From Trueperaceae bacterium (GTDB lineage: Bacteria > Deinococcota > Deinococci > Deinococcales > Trueperaceae): a stretch of 64,000 nt of DNA. The position numbers and the translations under genes are program-made. The notes under the pieces are model-generated. The model saw nothing but the letters and a program-made list of their open reading frames with translations, was not told the origin of the DNA and did no database searches. Position 1 is the stretch's first letter, and each line of letters starts with the position of its first letter. Shown one piece after another: positions 39,729-50,072 of this stretch. Where the stretch lies: NCBI GenBank assembly GCA_965213705.1, contig OZ243913.1, positions 3,488,001 through 3,552,000 of the forward strand, read 5' to 3'.

Positions 39729-41267
39729 TTGGCAGACGCCGTGACGGACGCCAACCGCCCCGGCGCGGGTATCCTGGTGATTTTCGGTGCCGGGGGCGAC
39801 CTCGCCTGGCGCAAACTGCTGCCCGCCCTGTTCGACTTGTTCGTCGAAGAGTTTTTGCCCGCGAAGTTCGCCGTCGTCGGTTTGGACCGCAAACAGCTGG
39901 ACGACGAGGAATTTCGGGCGCGGGCCAAAGACGGCGTCGAGACGTTTGCACGCTTTAAAGGTGACGTGGCTGAAAAGTGGCCGGCGTTTGCGGACTCGCT
40001 CTACTACCTCGCCGGCGAGGTCGACACGCCCGACACCTACGTCGCGCTGGCCGCCAAACTTGCAGCGCAAGACAACGCTTGGGACGTAAGTAGCAACCAC
40101 ATTTTTTACTTGGCGACGCCGCCTTTTCTCATCGAGCCGATTTCGGCGGGACTCGCGGCGGCGCACTTGCTGGACGCGAGAGACAGCACCCGCATCGTTG
40201 TGGAAAAGCCGTTCGGGCACGACCTCGCCTCGGCTGTGGCCCTGAACGCCCAACTTTCCAAACTCTGTCCGGAATCGCAAATCTACCGCATCGACCACTA
40301 TTTGGGCAAAGAAACCGTGCAGAACATCCTGGCGTTCAGGTTCGCCAACGCGCTGTTCGAACCCGTTTGGGACCGCCGCTACATCGACCACGTGCAGGTC
40401 ACGGTGGCCGAAACGGTCGGGGTCGAGCACCGGGGCGGCTACTACGAGTCGGCCGGGGCCTTGCGCGACATGGTGCAAAACCACCTTATGCAACTGCTTT
40501 GCTTAGTGGCGATGGAGCCGCCGGTCTCGTTCGGCGCGGAGGAGGTGCGCAGCCGCAAGGTGGACGTGCTGCGCGCGGTACGCCCCATCCTGCCTGACAA
40601 CGTGTTCGACGTGGCCGCGCGCGGGCAATACGGGCCGGGTTGGGTGATGGGCGAGAAGGTGCAGGCTTACCGTGCGGAGCCGGGCGTCGCGCCGCGCTCG
40701 AGCACCGAAACGTTCGCCGCCCTCAAACTTTACGTCGACAACTGGCGCTGGCGCGGGGTGCCCTTTTACCTGCGCAGCGGCAAGCACTTGCCCGAGCGCG
40801 TCTCCGAAGTCGTCATCCGCTTCAAACCCGTGCCGCACCAGGCGTTTCCCAACGGCGTGAGCAACCCCATCGAGCCCAACGACATCGTTATTTACATCCA
40901 GCCGGACGAGGGCATTTCCATCGACGTGCAGGCCAAAAAGCCGGGGCTGAACATGCGCCTGGGTGAAGTCGACATGCACTTCGCTTACGAAGAAGCGTTC
41001 CGCGAACCCTCGCCCGAAGCTTACGAAACGCTGCTGCTCGACGTGTTTCGGGGTGACGCGACGCTGTTTATGCGCAGCGACCAGGTCGAGCTGGCCTGGG
41101 CCATCGTGATGCCGGTCCTGAACGTGTGGGCGCAGGCCGAAGACATCAGCTTCTACGACTCGGGCACCTGGGGACCGGACGAGGCGACCGAACTCATCGC
41201 TCGCGATGGCCGCAGTTGGCTCCGCCCGCAACGCCTCAGCACCAAAATCAAAGACAAAAGAGCGTGA
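39729..41267 (+). CDS. zwf: Glucose-6-phosphate 1-dehydrogenase
   Basis: FGAGGDLA, EKPFG, RIDHYLGKE and DMVQNH motifs. Confidence 0.97.
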   Translation: MADAVTDANRPGAGILVIFGAGGDLAWRKLLPALFDLFVEEFLPAKFAVVGLDRKQLDDEEFRARAKDGVETFARFKGDVAEKWPAFADSLYYLAGEVDTPDTYVALAAKLAAQDNAWDVSSNHIFYLATPPFLIEPISAGLAAAHLLDARDSTRIVVEKPFGHDLASAVALNAQLSKLCPESQIYRIDHYLGKETVQNILAFRFANALFEPVWDRRYIDHVQVTVAETVGVEHRGGYYESAGALRDMVQNHLMQLLCLVAMEPPVSFGAEEVRSRKVDVLRAVRPILPDNVFDVAARGQYGPGWVMGEKVQAYRAEPGVAPRSSTETFAALKLYVDNWRWRGVPFYLRSGKHLPERVSEVVIRFKPVPHQAFPNGVSNPIEPNDIVIYIQPDEGISIDVQAKKPGLNMRLGEVDMHFAYEEAFREPSPEAYETLLLDVFRGDATLFMRSDQVELAWAIVMPVLNVWAQAEDISFYDSGTWGPDEATELIARDGRSWLRPQRLSTKIKDKRA

Positions 41268-41269
41268 GC

Positions 41270-41359
41270 AGTACCAAGTCCCGAGTTGAAAGTGAATTCA
41301 CTCAGGACTTTTCACTCGGTACTCGGTACTTTTGACTCAGCACTTTTGACTCGGTACTT
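41270..41359. repeat. Heptamer-based palindromic repeat (AGTACCG/ACTCGGT), copy 2
   Basis: ACTTTTCACTCGGTACTCGGTACTTTTGACTCAGCACTTTTGACTCGGTACT. Confidence 0.8.
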
Positions 41360-41449
41360 CCCTTGTCACTTCTCCCGCCGACGAACCTCAGCAAGAGATA
41401 ACAACTGCACTTCACGTTCGGCGTTCACATGCTAGTCTCATGAAAGCCC

Positions 41450-42481
41450 ATGAGACGCTACGCCCTGCCCGTTACCCTGTTCGTCGTTTTGACGGTCGTC
41501 GTGAGCGGCTGGTTGGTCACCCGCCGGGCGGGGGTGCAGGGGGTCGAAACGGCGCGCGCGCAAGACGGCCTGCGCGGCGAGGTTAGAAGCGTGCGTGTCG
41601 AAACGTTTCCCGTGATGAGCCGTTCCGGCGAGTGGACGGAAGCCGCCGGCAGTTTGGAGAGCGAAACCCTCTACACGCCGCAGGGTAACCTTTTAGAGGT
41701 AAGTCGCTACCGCCCGGACGGCGGGCTCGAGTACCGCCTCGTCCACCGTTATGAAAACGGCCGACTCACCGAAGAGACGAGTTTCGGCGACGGCGACCGA
41801 CCTCTTTACAGCTGGTTTTACGTCTACGACGGCGAGGGCCGCTTGACGAGCCTGAGCGGTTACGACGACCGGGGCGTGCTCGAGGTCAAGACGCTTTACG
41901 GCTACGACGCCGAGGGCCGTTTGGCAACCGAAACGTCCTACAGCGCCGACGAGACCCTAAGCTACGAGGCCCGGCAGAGTTACGCGCAGGGTTACACGCG
42001 CTCGACCGTTTACTTTGCCCAGGGCGAAGCCGAGTCTCGGCTCGAGGAAGTGTTCGACACCGCCGCTCACCGACTGGCCGAGGCCAGCTATAGCCCCACG
42101 CGAACCCTACAGTACCGGGTCGAATACAGTTACACCCCCCAAGGCGACCTGCTGACAGAAAGCGCCTACAGCGCGGACGAGACCCTGGAATATCGTCTTG
42201 AAAACCGTTACGACGAGGCCGGTCTGCTGCTCGAGACCACAGAATACGACGCCGACCTTGAACCCTTTTACCGTTACAGCTACGCCTACAACGACAAAGG
42301 TGACCTTACAAAGCGCGAAAGCCGCGGCGTGGACGGCGGCGGCTCGACGCTAGCTTACACCTACACTTATGACAAACACGATAATTGGACGGTTCGGCGC
42401 ACCTCAAAACTCATCACCCATTCCGACAAAGAAAGCCTAGAGCCGAGCGAGGTCGCGCGCCGAACCGTCAGCTACTACTGA
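41450..42481 (+). CDS. Exported YD/RHS-like beta-repeat protein
   Basis: N-terminal TM, GLRGEVRSV, repeated YxYDxxGxL units, C-terminal YDKHDNW..RRTVSYY. Confidence 0.8.
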   Translation: MRRYALPVTLFVVLTVVVSGWLVTRRAGVQGVETARAQDGLRGEVRSVRVETFPVMSRSGEWTEAAGSLESETLYTPQGNLLEVSRYRPDGGLEYRLVHRYENGRLTEETSFGDGDRPLYSWFYVYDGEGRLTSLSGYDDRGVLEVKTLYGYDAEGRLATETSYSADETLSYEARQSYAQGYTRSTVYFAQGEAESRLEEVFDTAAHRLAEASYSPTRTLQYRVEYSYTPQGDLLTESAYSADETLEYRLENRYDEAGLLLETTEYDADLEPFYRYSYAYNDKGDLTKRESRGVDGGGSTLAYTYTYDKHDNWTVRRTSKLITHSDKESLEPSEVARRTVSYY

Positions 42482-42538
42482 CGGCTATTTCCACTTTTAG
42501 AAATTTGAACCTCTACTTTTATTCTGGAAACCAAAAAA

Positions 42539-42760
42539 CTAGTACCTGTCGCGCAGCGCTTCGGCGTTGTCGGCCAGTGTCGAAAACAGTGCCCACACGG
42601 CGACTCCCCCAACGAGGTAGTAAAGCATGTGGCTGAGGTTCAGCCACCACGGCGTCGAGGTTTCGGCAGCAACAAAAAAGGTCGGGACAGAGGCGAGCGC
42701 GAGGGCAAGCCCCCCGACGAGCGCCGACCACGCAACAACCCTGAGGATAAAAATTTTCAT
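42539..42760 (-). CDS. Small two-TM membrane protein
   Basis: Two hydrophobic helices; TAAAGT 6 nt upstream of ATG. Confidence 0.6.
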   Translation of the reverse strand: MKIFILRVVAWSALVGGLALALASVPTFFVAAETSTPWWLNLSHMLYYLVGGVAVWALFSTLADNAEALRDRY

Positions 42761-42791
42761 GGACACACTTTAGCCGATTCGGCCCCTTTTG

Positions 42792-43088
42792 TCACTCCCC
42801 CGCGTCGACCGTCCGCGGCACCTTGAAAAAGCCGTCTTCCGACTCTACAGCGAGCTTCATGGCCGTTTCGTGGCTCAAGGACGGCTTCACCTCGTCCTCC
42901 CGAAAAACGTTTTGTAAGTTCACAGGCCGCGCGAGTTCTTCCACGCCGTCGGTAGGAAGCGAGCGCAACGTCTCGAACGCCTCCAAAATACGGTTGAGGT
43001 CGTCTTTGAATTCCTGGGTCTCGTCCTCGCTCAGGTCGATGCGGGCGAGGGTTTTGAGGTGCGCCATGTCGGCGTCGGTGATGCTCAT
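42792..43088 (-). CDS. gatC: Asp/Glu-tRNA amidotransferase subunit C
   Basis: HLKTLARI, NVFREDEV and DGFFKVP motifs. Confidence 0.93.
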   Translation of the reverse strand: MSITDADMAHLKTLARIDLSEDETQEFKDDLNRILEAFETLRSLPTDGVEELARPVNLQNVFREDEVKPSLSHETAMKLAVESEDGFFKVPRTVDAGE

Positions 43089-43239
43089 GGGTCGAGTCTA
43101 GCAGTTGGGGGCAAAGAGCGCCGAGTAGAAAGTACCGAGTTGAAAGTAAAAAGTGAAAAGGAGAAAGAAGGCGCGACTCGAGCGAATATGCACCTTTTGA
43201 GAAGCCTCGGCAAACACGACTGGCAACGTTGGACGTGGG

Positions 43240-43725
43240 TCACTCGAGCCACTTGTACATCACGAGTGCGTCGGCAAAGCCCAAGCTCGAGTGGTTGAAC
43301 GCCCCGGGCAACGTCCCGACGGTTTCAAAACCCAGTTCGTGCCACAGCTTAACCGCCGGGTTCGTGCTCACGACGAGGTTGAACTGCATCGCCTTGAAAC
43401 CGAGCCTCACGGCCTCGACTTGCGAGTGCAAACAGAGAGAGCGCCCGACGCCGCGGCCTCGAGCCACCTTACTCACCATGTAGCCCGCGTTGCAGACGTG
43501 GCTTCCCAAATCCGGTTGGTTCGCCTTGAGGTAGTAAGTACCGACAACTTCGCCGTCCAAAACACCGACGTAAGTGGCGAGCGGCGCGTCCAGCCAAACC
43601 TGTTTCGCCCCGTCGCGGTTCGTGTCCGGCGCGTAGGCGTAGGTGTCGCCCGCCGCGACGACCTCCCGAAAGATGGGCCAAATCTCGGTGAAGTCGGCGT
43701 CGGTGGCGGGTCGGACGGTGAGCAC
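43240..43725 (-). CDS. GNAT N-acetyltransferase
   Basis: SHVCNAGYMV, ARGRGVGR and AMQFNLVVSTN motifs. Confidence 0.92.
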   Translation of the reverse strand: MLTVRPATDADFTEIWPIFREVVAAGDTYAYAPDTNRDGAKQVWLDAPLATYVGVLDGEVVGTYYLKANQPDLGSHVCNAGYMVSKVARGRGVGRSLCLHSQVEAVRLGFKAMQFNLVVSTNPAVKLWHELGFETVGTLPGAFNHSSLGFADALVMYKWLE

Positions 43726-43785
43726 AAGCTAGTGTAACCGAGTCTCCTGCTGGCCTATACTGAGGTTTCAAGCAGGAGGTTTGCC

Positions 43786-45237
43786 GTGGCTATCGAAACC
43801 CTACTCCCTGAATTGGCCCGTATCTATCCGGCGACGCGGCTCTTGACGAGCGAAGCGCAGCTCAGCACCTTCGAGTCCGACGGCTTGACGGCGTTCAAGG
43901 CCAGGGCCGGAGCCGTCGTTCTGGTCGACAGCCAAGAAGAGGTCGTCGAGACCGTGCGGCTGTGCTACAAACACGACGTACCTTTTGTCGCGCGGGGCAG
44001 CGGCACGAGTTTGTCGGGCGGCTCGCTGCCGATTGAGGGCGGCGTGGTCATCGCGCTCAACCGGCTCAACCGGGTGCTCAGTTTCGACCCCGACGCCCGG
44101 ACGATGGTGGTCGAACCCGGCGTCATCAACGCGGCGGTGTCGCGCCTGGCCGCGCCGCACGGGCTGTACTACGCGCCCGACCCCTCGTCGGGGCCGGTCT
44201 GCACCATCGGCGGCAACGTCGCTTTCAATTCCGGCGGGGCGCACTGTTTGAAGTACGGCATGACGAGCAACCACGTCCTCGGACTGAAAATCGTGCTGCC
44301 CGACGGTGTGGTGGTCACACTCGGCGGTGATAGTTTGGAGGGTGTCGGCCCCGACCTGACAGGACTGTTCGTGGGCTCGGAGGGGTTGCTTGGGGTGGCG
44401 CTCGAGATAACCCTGCGACTCCTGCCCAAGGTCGAAACCTACCAAACCGTCTTAGTTGCTTACGACAGCCTCGCCGCGGCGGGCGACGCGGTGGCGAGCG
44501 TCGTCGCGGCGGGCCTGTTGCCGGGGGCAATGGAGATTATGGACCGGCTGGCGATGGACGCCGCCGAGGCCGCTGTCCACGCAGGCTACCCGAAGGACGC
44601 GCAGGGTTTGTTGATCGTGGAACTCGAGGGTCCACGCGAAGAAGTCGAGGCCGAGTTTCCCGAACTCATAAAGGTTATCGAGGCGTCGGGCGCGTTCGAG
44701 GTGCGCGTCGCTCAAAACGACGCCGAGCGCATGAAAATCTGGAAAGGTCGCAAGGGTGCCTTTTCGGCGGTGGGCCGCCTCAGTCCCGAGTACATCGTCC
44801 AAGACGGCGTGGTGCCACGCACGAAGCTCGGGGAGGCCCTGACGGAAATCGACCGGCTGAGCGCCGAGTACAACATCCGCGTGGCGAACGTGTTTCACGC
44901 CGGCGACGGCAACCTCCACCCGCTCATCTTGTTCGACGGCAAAAACGAGGGCGAGTTGGAGCGCGCCGAAGACCTCGCCGGGGAAATTCTGCGTCTGTGC
45001 ATCCGCATGGGCGGCTCGATTACCGGCGAGCACGGCGTCGGCGTGGAGAAGCTGGCTTACTTGGGCGAGATGTACGGCGCGACCGACATGGCCGTGATGA
45101 CGCGCGTCCGCCAGGCGGTCGATACGAAAGAACTCGCCAACCGCGGCAAGATGCTCCCCGCCGCCGAAGCGCCCGCGCTGACGACTTTTCACGGCCCGCA
45201 CCCGCTGGAAAAGCAAGGCGTGATTTTCCGTGATTAG
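43786..45237 (+). CDS. glcD: Glycolate oxidase FAD subunit
   Basis: [30 protein letters not shown] and GEHGVG motifs. Confidence 0.92.
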   Translation: MAIETLLPELARIYPATRLLTSEAQLSTFESDGLTAFKARAGAVVLVDSQEEVVETVRLCYKHDVPFVARGSGTSLSGGSLPIEGGVVIALNRLNRVLSFDPDARTMVVEPGVINAAVSRLAAPHGLYYAPDPSSGPVCTIGGNVAFNSGGAHCLKYGMTSNHVLGLKIVLPDGVVVTLGGDSLEGVGPDLTGLFVGSEGLLGVALEITLRLLPKVETYQTVLVAYDSLAAAGDAVASVVAAGLLPGAMEIMDRLAMDAAEAAVHAGYPKDAQGLLIVELEGPREEVEAEFPELIKVIEASGAFEVRVAQNDAERMKIWKGRKGAFSAVGRLSPEYIVQDGVVPRTKLGEALTEIDRLSAEYNIRVANVFHAGDGNLHPLILFDGKNEGELERAEDLAGEILRLCIRMGGSITGEHGVGVEKLAYLGEMYGATDMAVMTRVRQAVDTKELANRGKMLPAAEAPALTTFHGPHPLEKQGVIFRD

Positions 45238-45243
45238 TACTTT

Positions 45244-45355
45244 GCCCCCCTTAACAAGGGGGGTGGCCCTGCGGGCCGGGGGGATTCGCTTCTGTGACTG
45301 CTTCCCGAGTCCGTTCCAGAAGCAAATCCCCCCAACCCCCCTTGTTAAGGGGGGC
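45244..45355. repeat. 112-bp MITE/REP-like element with perfect 21-bp terminal inverted repeats
   Basis: GCCCCCCTTAACAAGGGGGGT ... ACCCCCCTTGTTAAGGGGGGC; each end is itself a hairpin. Confidence 0.85.
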
Positions 45356-45363
45356 TTTTGGGC

Positions 45364-46470
45364 ATGAACCTTATGACTCAGTTCGGCGAACACGTCGCGC
45401 GCATCCAGGACGCGGTGCGCTCGAGCGCCATCCGCCCGGTCGGCGGCGGCAGCAAACCCGCTCTGTCGAGAGGCGGCAACCTCGAGCTGAAAAACGTTTC
45501 AGGCGTGCTCGAGTACGACCCGCTCGAGTACACTTTTACCGCGCTGGCCGGTACGACGTTAAAAGAGGTCGGGGCGCTGCTGGCGGCGGAAAACCAGTAC
45601 CTCCCCTTCGACCCGCCGCTGGCCGACAAGGGCGCGACGCTCGGCGGGACGGTCGCCGCGGGACTGTCCGGGCCGGGGCGATGGCGCTACGGCGGCGTGC
45701 GCGACTTTCTGCTCGGCGTGCGCTTTGTGGCGGGTACGGGCGGGCTTGTGACGGGTGGCGGCAAGGTGGTCAAAAATGCCGCGGGGTTCGACTTTCCCAA
45801 ACTCATGGTCGGCGCGTTGGGGCAGTTCGGCGTGATGGTCGAACTCACCTTCAAGGTTTTTCCGCGGCCCGAAGCTTACGCGACGCTTAAAGCAGACATG
45901 GGTGGTTTGGACGCCGCCGTCATTGCGATGCAGCGGTTGGCTGTCGCGGGATTCGAGTTGACCTGTTTGGACTTGGAGCCGCCTTCCGTGTTGATTCTGC
46001 GTGTCGGCGGCACGGCGGCGGCGCTGCCGAAAAGGCTCGAGCGCCTGCAAACTTTTGTAGGTCGCGCGGGCGAGGTTTCTACCAACGAGGCAGACGAAGC
46101 TTTTTGGCGGGAGGCTCGAGCTTTTTCCTGGCTGAGTGCTGAGCACAGCCTCGTCAAAATTCCCCTCAACCCGAGCAAGTTGGGTGAACTCGAGGGTGCA
46201 TTCGAACGACTCGAGACCCCCTTACCCCGCCGCTACAGCGTCGGCGGCAACGTGTTGTGGCTCGGTTGGCCGGACGAGTCGGGGGAGCAGGGGCTCGAGG
46301 CCCTTTTGAACGGCCTCGAGCTTTCGGCCCTGGCCCTCACGGGGAGTTGGCGAACGCCACTGCTCGGGCGGCAGGTGGGGCAAGCGTTCGGGGCGCGGGT
46401 CTCGAGCGTCCTCGACCCCGACGGGAAGTTCAGCCTTTCCAGCGTCGCAGGTTTGGCTGAACGAACCTGA
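45364..46470 (+). CDS. glcE: Glycolate oxidase subunit GlcE
   Basis: ATLGGTVAAGLSGP and GGKVVKNAAGFDFPKL motifs. Confidence 0.9.
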   Translation: MNLMTQFGEHVARIQDAVRSSAIRPVGGGSKPALSRGGNLELKNVSGVLEYDPLEYTFTALAGTTLKEVGALLAAENQYLPFDPPLADKGATLGGTVAAGLSGPGRWRYGGVRDFLLGVRFVAGTGGLVTGGGKVVKNAAGFDFPKLMVGALGQFGVMVELTFKVFPRPEAYATLKADMGGLDAAVIAMQRLAVAGFELTCLDLEPPSVLILRVGGTAAALPKRLERLQTFVGRAGEVSTNEADEAFWREARAFSWLSAEHSLVKIPLNPSKLGELEGAFERLETPLPRRYSVGGNVLWLGWPDESGEQGLEALLNGLELSALALTGSWRTPLLGRQVGQAFGARVSSVLDPDGKFSLSSVAGLAERT

Positions 46471-46533
46471 CCTATGGGCTAGCTGTGTAAAAAACACGTA
46501 AATTTCCTGTATACTGTTTGCGAAGGAGGCGTT

Positions 46534-46809
46534 ATGCCTAAGAACGAAACAGTGCGTTTGACTTTAGACGTTTCCGAAGACCTCAACAACGTCATCGAGT
46601 CTTTGGCGAAGGCGGCCGGCACAAACAAGAGTGAAATCCTGCGGCGCAGCATCAACTTGATGGACTTCGCTTACCGCGAGTCGTCCGAGGGTAAAAAGGT
46701 GGGGTCGGTCAGCCTGGACAAGCCGCTCGACACCGAAGTGGTCGGCTTAGGGTTTCCGCGGGCGCAACCCGCACAGACTTACCCGTCGGCAAGCGCGCCG
46801 ACCGATTAG
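46534..46809 (+). CDS. Ribbon-helix-helix (CopG-like) DNA-binding protein
   Basis: VRLTLDVSEDL...GTNKSEILRRSI; AGGAGG RBS and TATACT upstream. Confidence 0.8.
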   Translation: MPKNETVRLTLDVSEDLNNVIESLAKAAGTNKSEILRRSINLMDFAYRESSEGKKVGSVSLDKPLDTEVVGLGFPRAQPAQTYPSASAPTD

Positions 46810-46827
46810 ACCTCAGTTTTTACAACG

Positions 46828-47133
46828 ATGAGCCAGCAGTTCGACGTCGACCGGGAGAACCCGAACCAGCGCTTGGAAGTCACCACCGAGTTCGAGGACG
46901 AACGTTCGGCGCGGCTGGCCAGTATAAAACGTCAGCAAACCTTCGACCTGTGGATAAAGGGCAGTTTGTTCGGCCTGCTGACCTTCGGCGCGGTGTACAG
47001 TTTGTGGGTGCTCAACAGCGGCGCCACAACCCTCGACGCCAAAGACGCCGCCCGGACCATCATCGGGACGGTCGTGGGCGCATTCGCGGGTTACTTCGCG
47101 GGCAAGGCTCCTGGAGTTTCATCTAGGCTTTGA
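46828..47133 (+). CDS. Small two-TM hypothetical protein
   Basis: Charged N-terminus, two hydrophobic helices, C-terminal GAFAGYFAGK. Confidence 0.7.
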   Translation: MSQQFDVDRENPNQRLEVTTEFEDERSARLASIKRQQTFDLWIKGSLFGLLTFGAVYSLWVLNSGATTLDAKDAARTIIGTVVGAFAGYFAGKAPGVSSRL

Positions 47134-47148
47134 CTGGAGTGTGACACG

Positions 47149-48405
47149 GTGCAGCACGACATCCCCGTCGACAAACTAGGCCCCTTGGGCCAGCCGATGG
47201 CCGACGCCGTCGAGAGTTGCGTCCACTGCGGCTTTTGTCTGCCGACCTGTCCCACCTACGTGGTGCTCGGCGAGGAGATGAACAGCCCGCGCGGGCGGAT
47301 TTTGCTGATGAAGCAGGTTTTAGAGGGGGAGTTGAGCGTGGCGCAAGCCGTCCCCTACACCGACCCCTGTTTAGGCTGCGTGGCCTGCGTGACCGCCTGC
47401 CCGTCGGGCGTCGAGTACGGCAGTCTCATCACCGGCTTTCGGATGCAGACCGAGGGGGAACGCGAGCGCTCACCGCTCGACCGGGCGCTGCGGCGTTTTG
47501 TGGTCGAGACGTTGCCCTACCCCAAACGCTTTCGCGCCGCGGCCACCTTGGGCCAAGCGGCTAAACCGTTCAAAAAGCTCGTGCCGGGCCGCCTCGGGGA
47601 CATGTTGGACTTGCTGCCGAACGGCGTGCCGAAGGCTCAACCCCTACCCGAGGTTTATCCCGCCGAGGGGCAGCGGCGGGCGCGGGTCGCGCTCCTGGCG
47701 GGCTGCGCGCAGCAGGTACTCGAGCCGGACATCAATTGGGCGACGCTGCGCGTGTTGGCGAAAAACGGGGTCGAAACGGTCATCCCTAAAACCCAGTCCT
47801 GCTGCGGCGCGCTCGCGGCGCACACCGGCGTGGCTTGGCAAGCGAAAAAGTTTGCCAAAAACAACTTGCAAGCTTTCCCGGACGACGTGGACGCGATTAT
47901 CACCAACGCCGCCGGTTGTGGCTCAGGGATGCACGAGTACGCGCTGTGGCTGCGGGGCGAACCCGAGGAAGAGGCGGCAAAAAGTTTCGGCAAGCGCGTC
48001 CAGGACGTGAGCGTGTTTCTGGACGCGCTGGGTTTGCGCGAAACACCGCGACTGAGCGCGCCGCTCAAACTCGCCTACCACGACGCCTGCCACCTCGCGC
48101 ACGCGCAGGGCGTGGTGTTGCCGCCGCGGTCTCTGTTGAAACAGGTCGAGGGGCTGCAGCTGCTCGAGCCCCCGGAGGCCGAACTTTGCTGCGGCTCGGC
48201 GGGAACTTACAACTTAGAACACCCGGACATCGCCTGGGAACTCGGGGAGCGCAAAGCCAAGGCCCTGCTCGCCACGGGCGCGGAAGCTGTGGCGACCGGC
48301 AACATCGGCTGTTTGACGCAGCTCGGTACGCACCTGCAAGCCCTGGGGCGACCCCTGCCCGTCTACCACACCGTCCAGGTGCTCGACCGGGCCTACAGAC
48401 GTTGA
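47149..48405 (+). CDS. glcF: Glycolate oxidase Fe-S subunit
   Basis: [24 protein letters not shown] and two CCG domains. Confidence 0.94.
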   Translation: MQHDIPVDKLGPLGQPMADAVESCVHCGFCLPTCPTYVVLGEEMNSPRGRILLMKQVLEGELSVAQAVPYTDPCLGCVACVTACPSGVEYGSLITGFRMQTEGERERSPLDRALRRFVVETLPYPKRFRAAATLGQAAKPFKKLVPGRLGDMLDLLPNGVPKAQPLPEVYPAEGQRRARVALLAGCAQQVLEPDINWATLRVLAKNGVETVIPKTQSCCGALAAHTGVAWQAKKFAKNNLQAFPDDVDAIITNAAGCGSGMHEYALWLRGEPEEEAAKSFGKRVQDVSVFLDALGLRETPRLSAPLKLAYHDACHLAHAQGVVLPPRSLLKQVEGLQLLEPPEAELCCGSAGTYNLEHPDIAWELGERKAKALLATGAEAVATGNIGCLTQLGTHLQALGRPLPVYHTVQVLDRAYRR

Positions 48406-48738
48406 CAACTGAGCCACGTTTAGCGCCGCCTTTGCGGGTTGTGTCTCGAGCCAACCCGTAATCACCCCCCCATTCTAAAAAAAGCGTTGGGGGTAACATC
48501 AGCTAACCGAGAACGTTGCTGTCCGGGCCTCGTGCCGAGGCCGGCTTTCGGGGGGCAGACAACCGGCGCTGGCGTCAGGAGCGGTGGGTGGGGGCTTTTT
48601 CGCTCACAATTTCCGGCTCAGCCAGGTCAGCGCGGAACGTCTGACTGCGGTTAGCTGTGGCGATGAACTGCGGCGAACGAGGCGGCTTCGGCAACGGGGC
48701 GCAAGTCAAATACGAGAACAGCGTAAAAGGGAGGCAAC

Positions 48739-50007
48739 ATGGCTGGATTTTTTAGACAATCGGCTTTTAAGTGGACGGGTTTTCTTTTGGCAACGAGTCT
48801 TTTGACCCTGGGCGCAACCCTCGCCCAAACCCTGACCGTGGCGGCGCATTACAGTACGGAAGAGGCGGCCCCGCTCGAGCCCTGCTTCGCCGAGTACGAA
48901 GCGCAGAATCCGGGCGTGAACGTCGAATATCAACAAATCGCCTACGGCGACTATCTTCAGACCGTCCTCACCGCGCGCATCGGTGGGCAGTCGCCGGACA
49001 TCTACCACCTCTACAACATCTGGGCTCCGCAGCTCGTCGACAACGGCGTGCTCGCCACACCGCCCGCCGAGCTTGAGGGTTGGATCAGCGACACCTACGT
49101 CGCCTCGACGGTCGACACCGTGACGATAGGCGGCCAAGTGTGGGGCATTCCTACCGAGGTCAGCGACTACATGTTGGTCTACAACAAAAAATTGCTCGCC
49201 GACGCCGGTTTCAACGAACCCCCCGGCACCTGGGACGAACTCGTCAGCATGGCCGCCGCCATCACGGAGCGCAACGACCAGAACAACATCACCACCGCCG
49301 GCTACGCCTACGGCCCCAGCACCGCGACGGTTGTGCATCCCTTCTTGATCATGTTGGCGTCCAAAGGGGTCAACCTGTTCAAGGACGACTTCAGCGGCAC
49401 CAACCTCACCAGTGAAGCGGCGCTGGAGGTGTTGCAGCAGCAGCTCGAGCTGTACAACCAGGGCATTACCGACCGCAGCGTCGAGGTGTGGGACTTTCCC
49501 AGCGGCTCCGTCGCCATGATGTTTATGGCGTCGTGGTACGAAGCGGAACTTAAAGCAGGCTTCGGTGACGCGTTCGAAGACACCGTGGGTGTCGCGAACA
49601 TTCCGATGGGCGACGACTGGCGCTCGCTGCAGTACGCTTTCTTTTACGGCGTCGACGCCAACTCGCCTAACCAAGAAGCCGCTTGGCAGTTTTTGAAGTG
49701 GCTCAACACGGCGCAGGCGGCGGGTGAGACCTCGTGCATGGGCACGATGCTGCTGAGTCTCGGCGCGCTGACCGCCAACCAAACGGACATCGCCGCCGCA
49801 CCCGACCAGTTAGGCGACAGCTACACCGCGCCCTTCATCGAGGCGCTCGAGCGCGCCGTGCCCGAACCCAACGTGATTCAGGCCAGCGAAATCGAAAGAA
49901 TTCTTCAGGGCTACATCGAACGCGCCTGGAGCGGCGAACTCAGCCCCGAAGACGCGCTGGCGCAAGCCGACCAAGAAATCACCGGTATCCTGAACGAGTT
50001 TTATTGA
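48739..50007 (+). CDS. Carbohydrate ABC transporter substrate-binding protein
   Basis: Signal peptide, MLVYNKKLL..AG..EPP.TWDEL and EAAWQFLKWL motifs. Confidence 0.9.
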   Translation: MAGFFRQSAFKWTGFLLATSLLTLGATLAQTLTVAAHYSTEEAAPLEPCFAEYEAQNPGVNVEYQQIAYGDYLQTVLTARIGGQSPDIYHLYNIWAPQLVDNGVLATPPAELEGWISDTYVASTVDTVTIGGQVWGIPTEVSDYMLVYNKKLLADAGFNEPPGTWDELVSMAAAITERNDQNNITTAGYAYGPSTATVVHPFLIMLASKGVNLFKDDFSGTNLTSEAALEVLQQQLELYNQGITDRSVEVWDFPSGSVAMMFMASWYEAELKAGFGDAFEDTVGVANIPMGDDWRSLQYAFFYGVDANSPNQEAAWQFLKWLNTAQAAGETSCMGTMLLSLGALTANQTDIAAAPDQLGDSYTAPFIEALERAVPEPNVIQASEIERILQGYIERAWSGELSPEDALAQADQEITGILNEFY

Positions 50008-50025
50008 TGGTCAACCCGGTAAGGG

Positions 50026-50057
50026 CGGTAGGGAGTGACGCGTCACTCCCTACCGCG
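50026..50057. repeat. Perfect palindrome between the binding-protein and permease genes (likely mRNA-stabilising hairpin)
   Basis: GCGGTAGGGAGTGACG/CGTCACTCCCTACCGC. Confidence 0.75.
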
Positions 50058-50072
50058 ACAGCGAGGTAAAGG

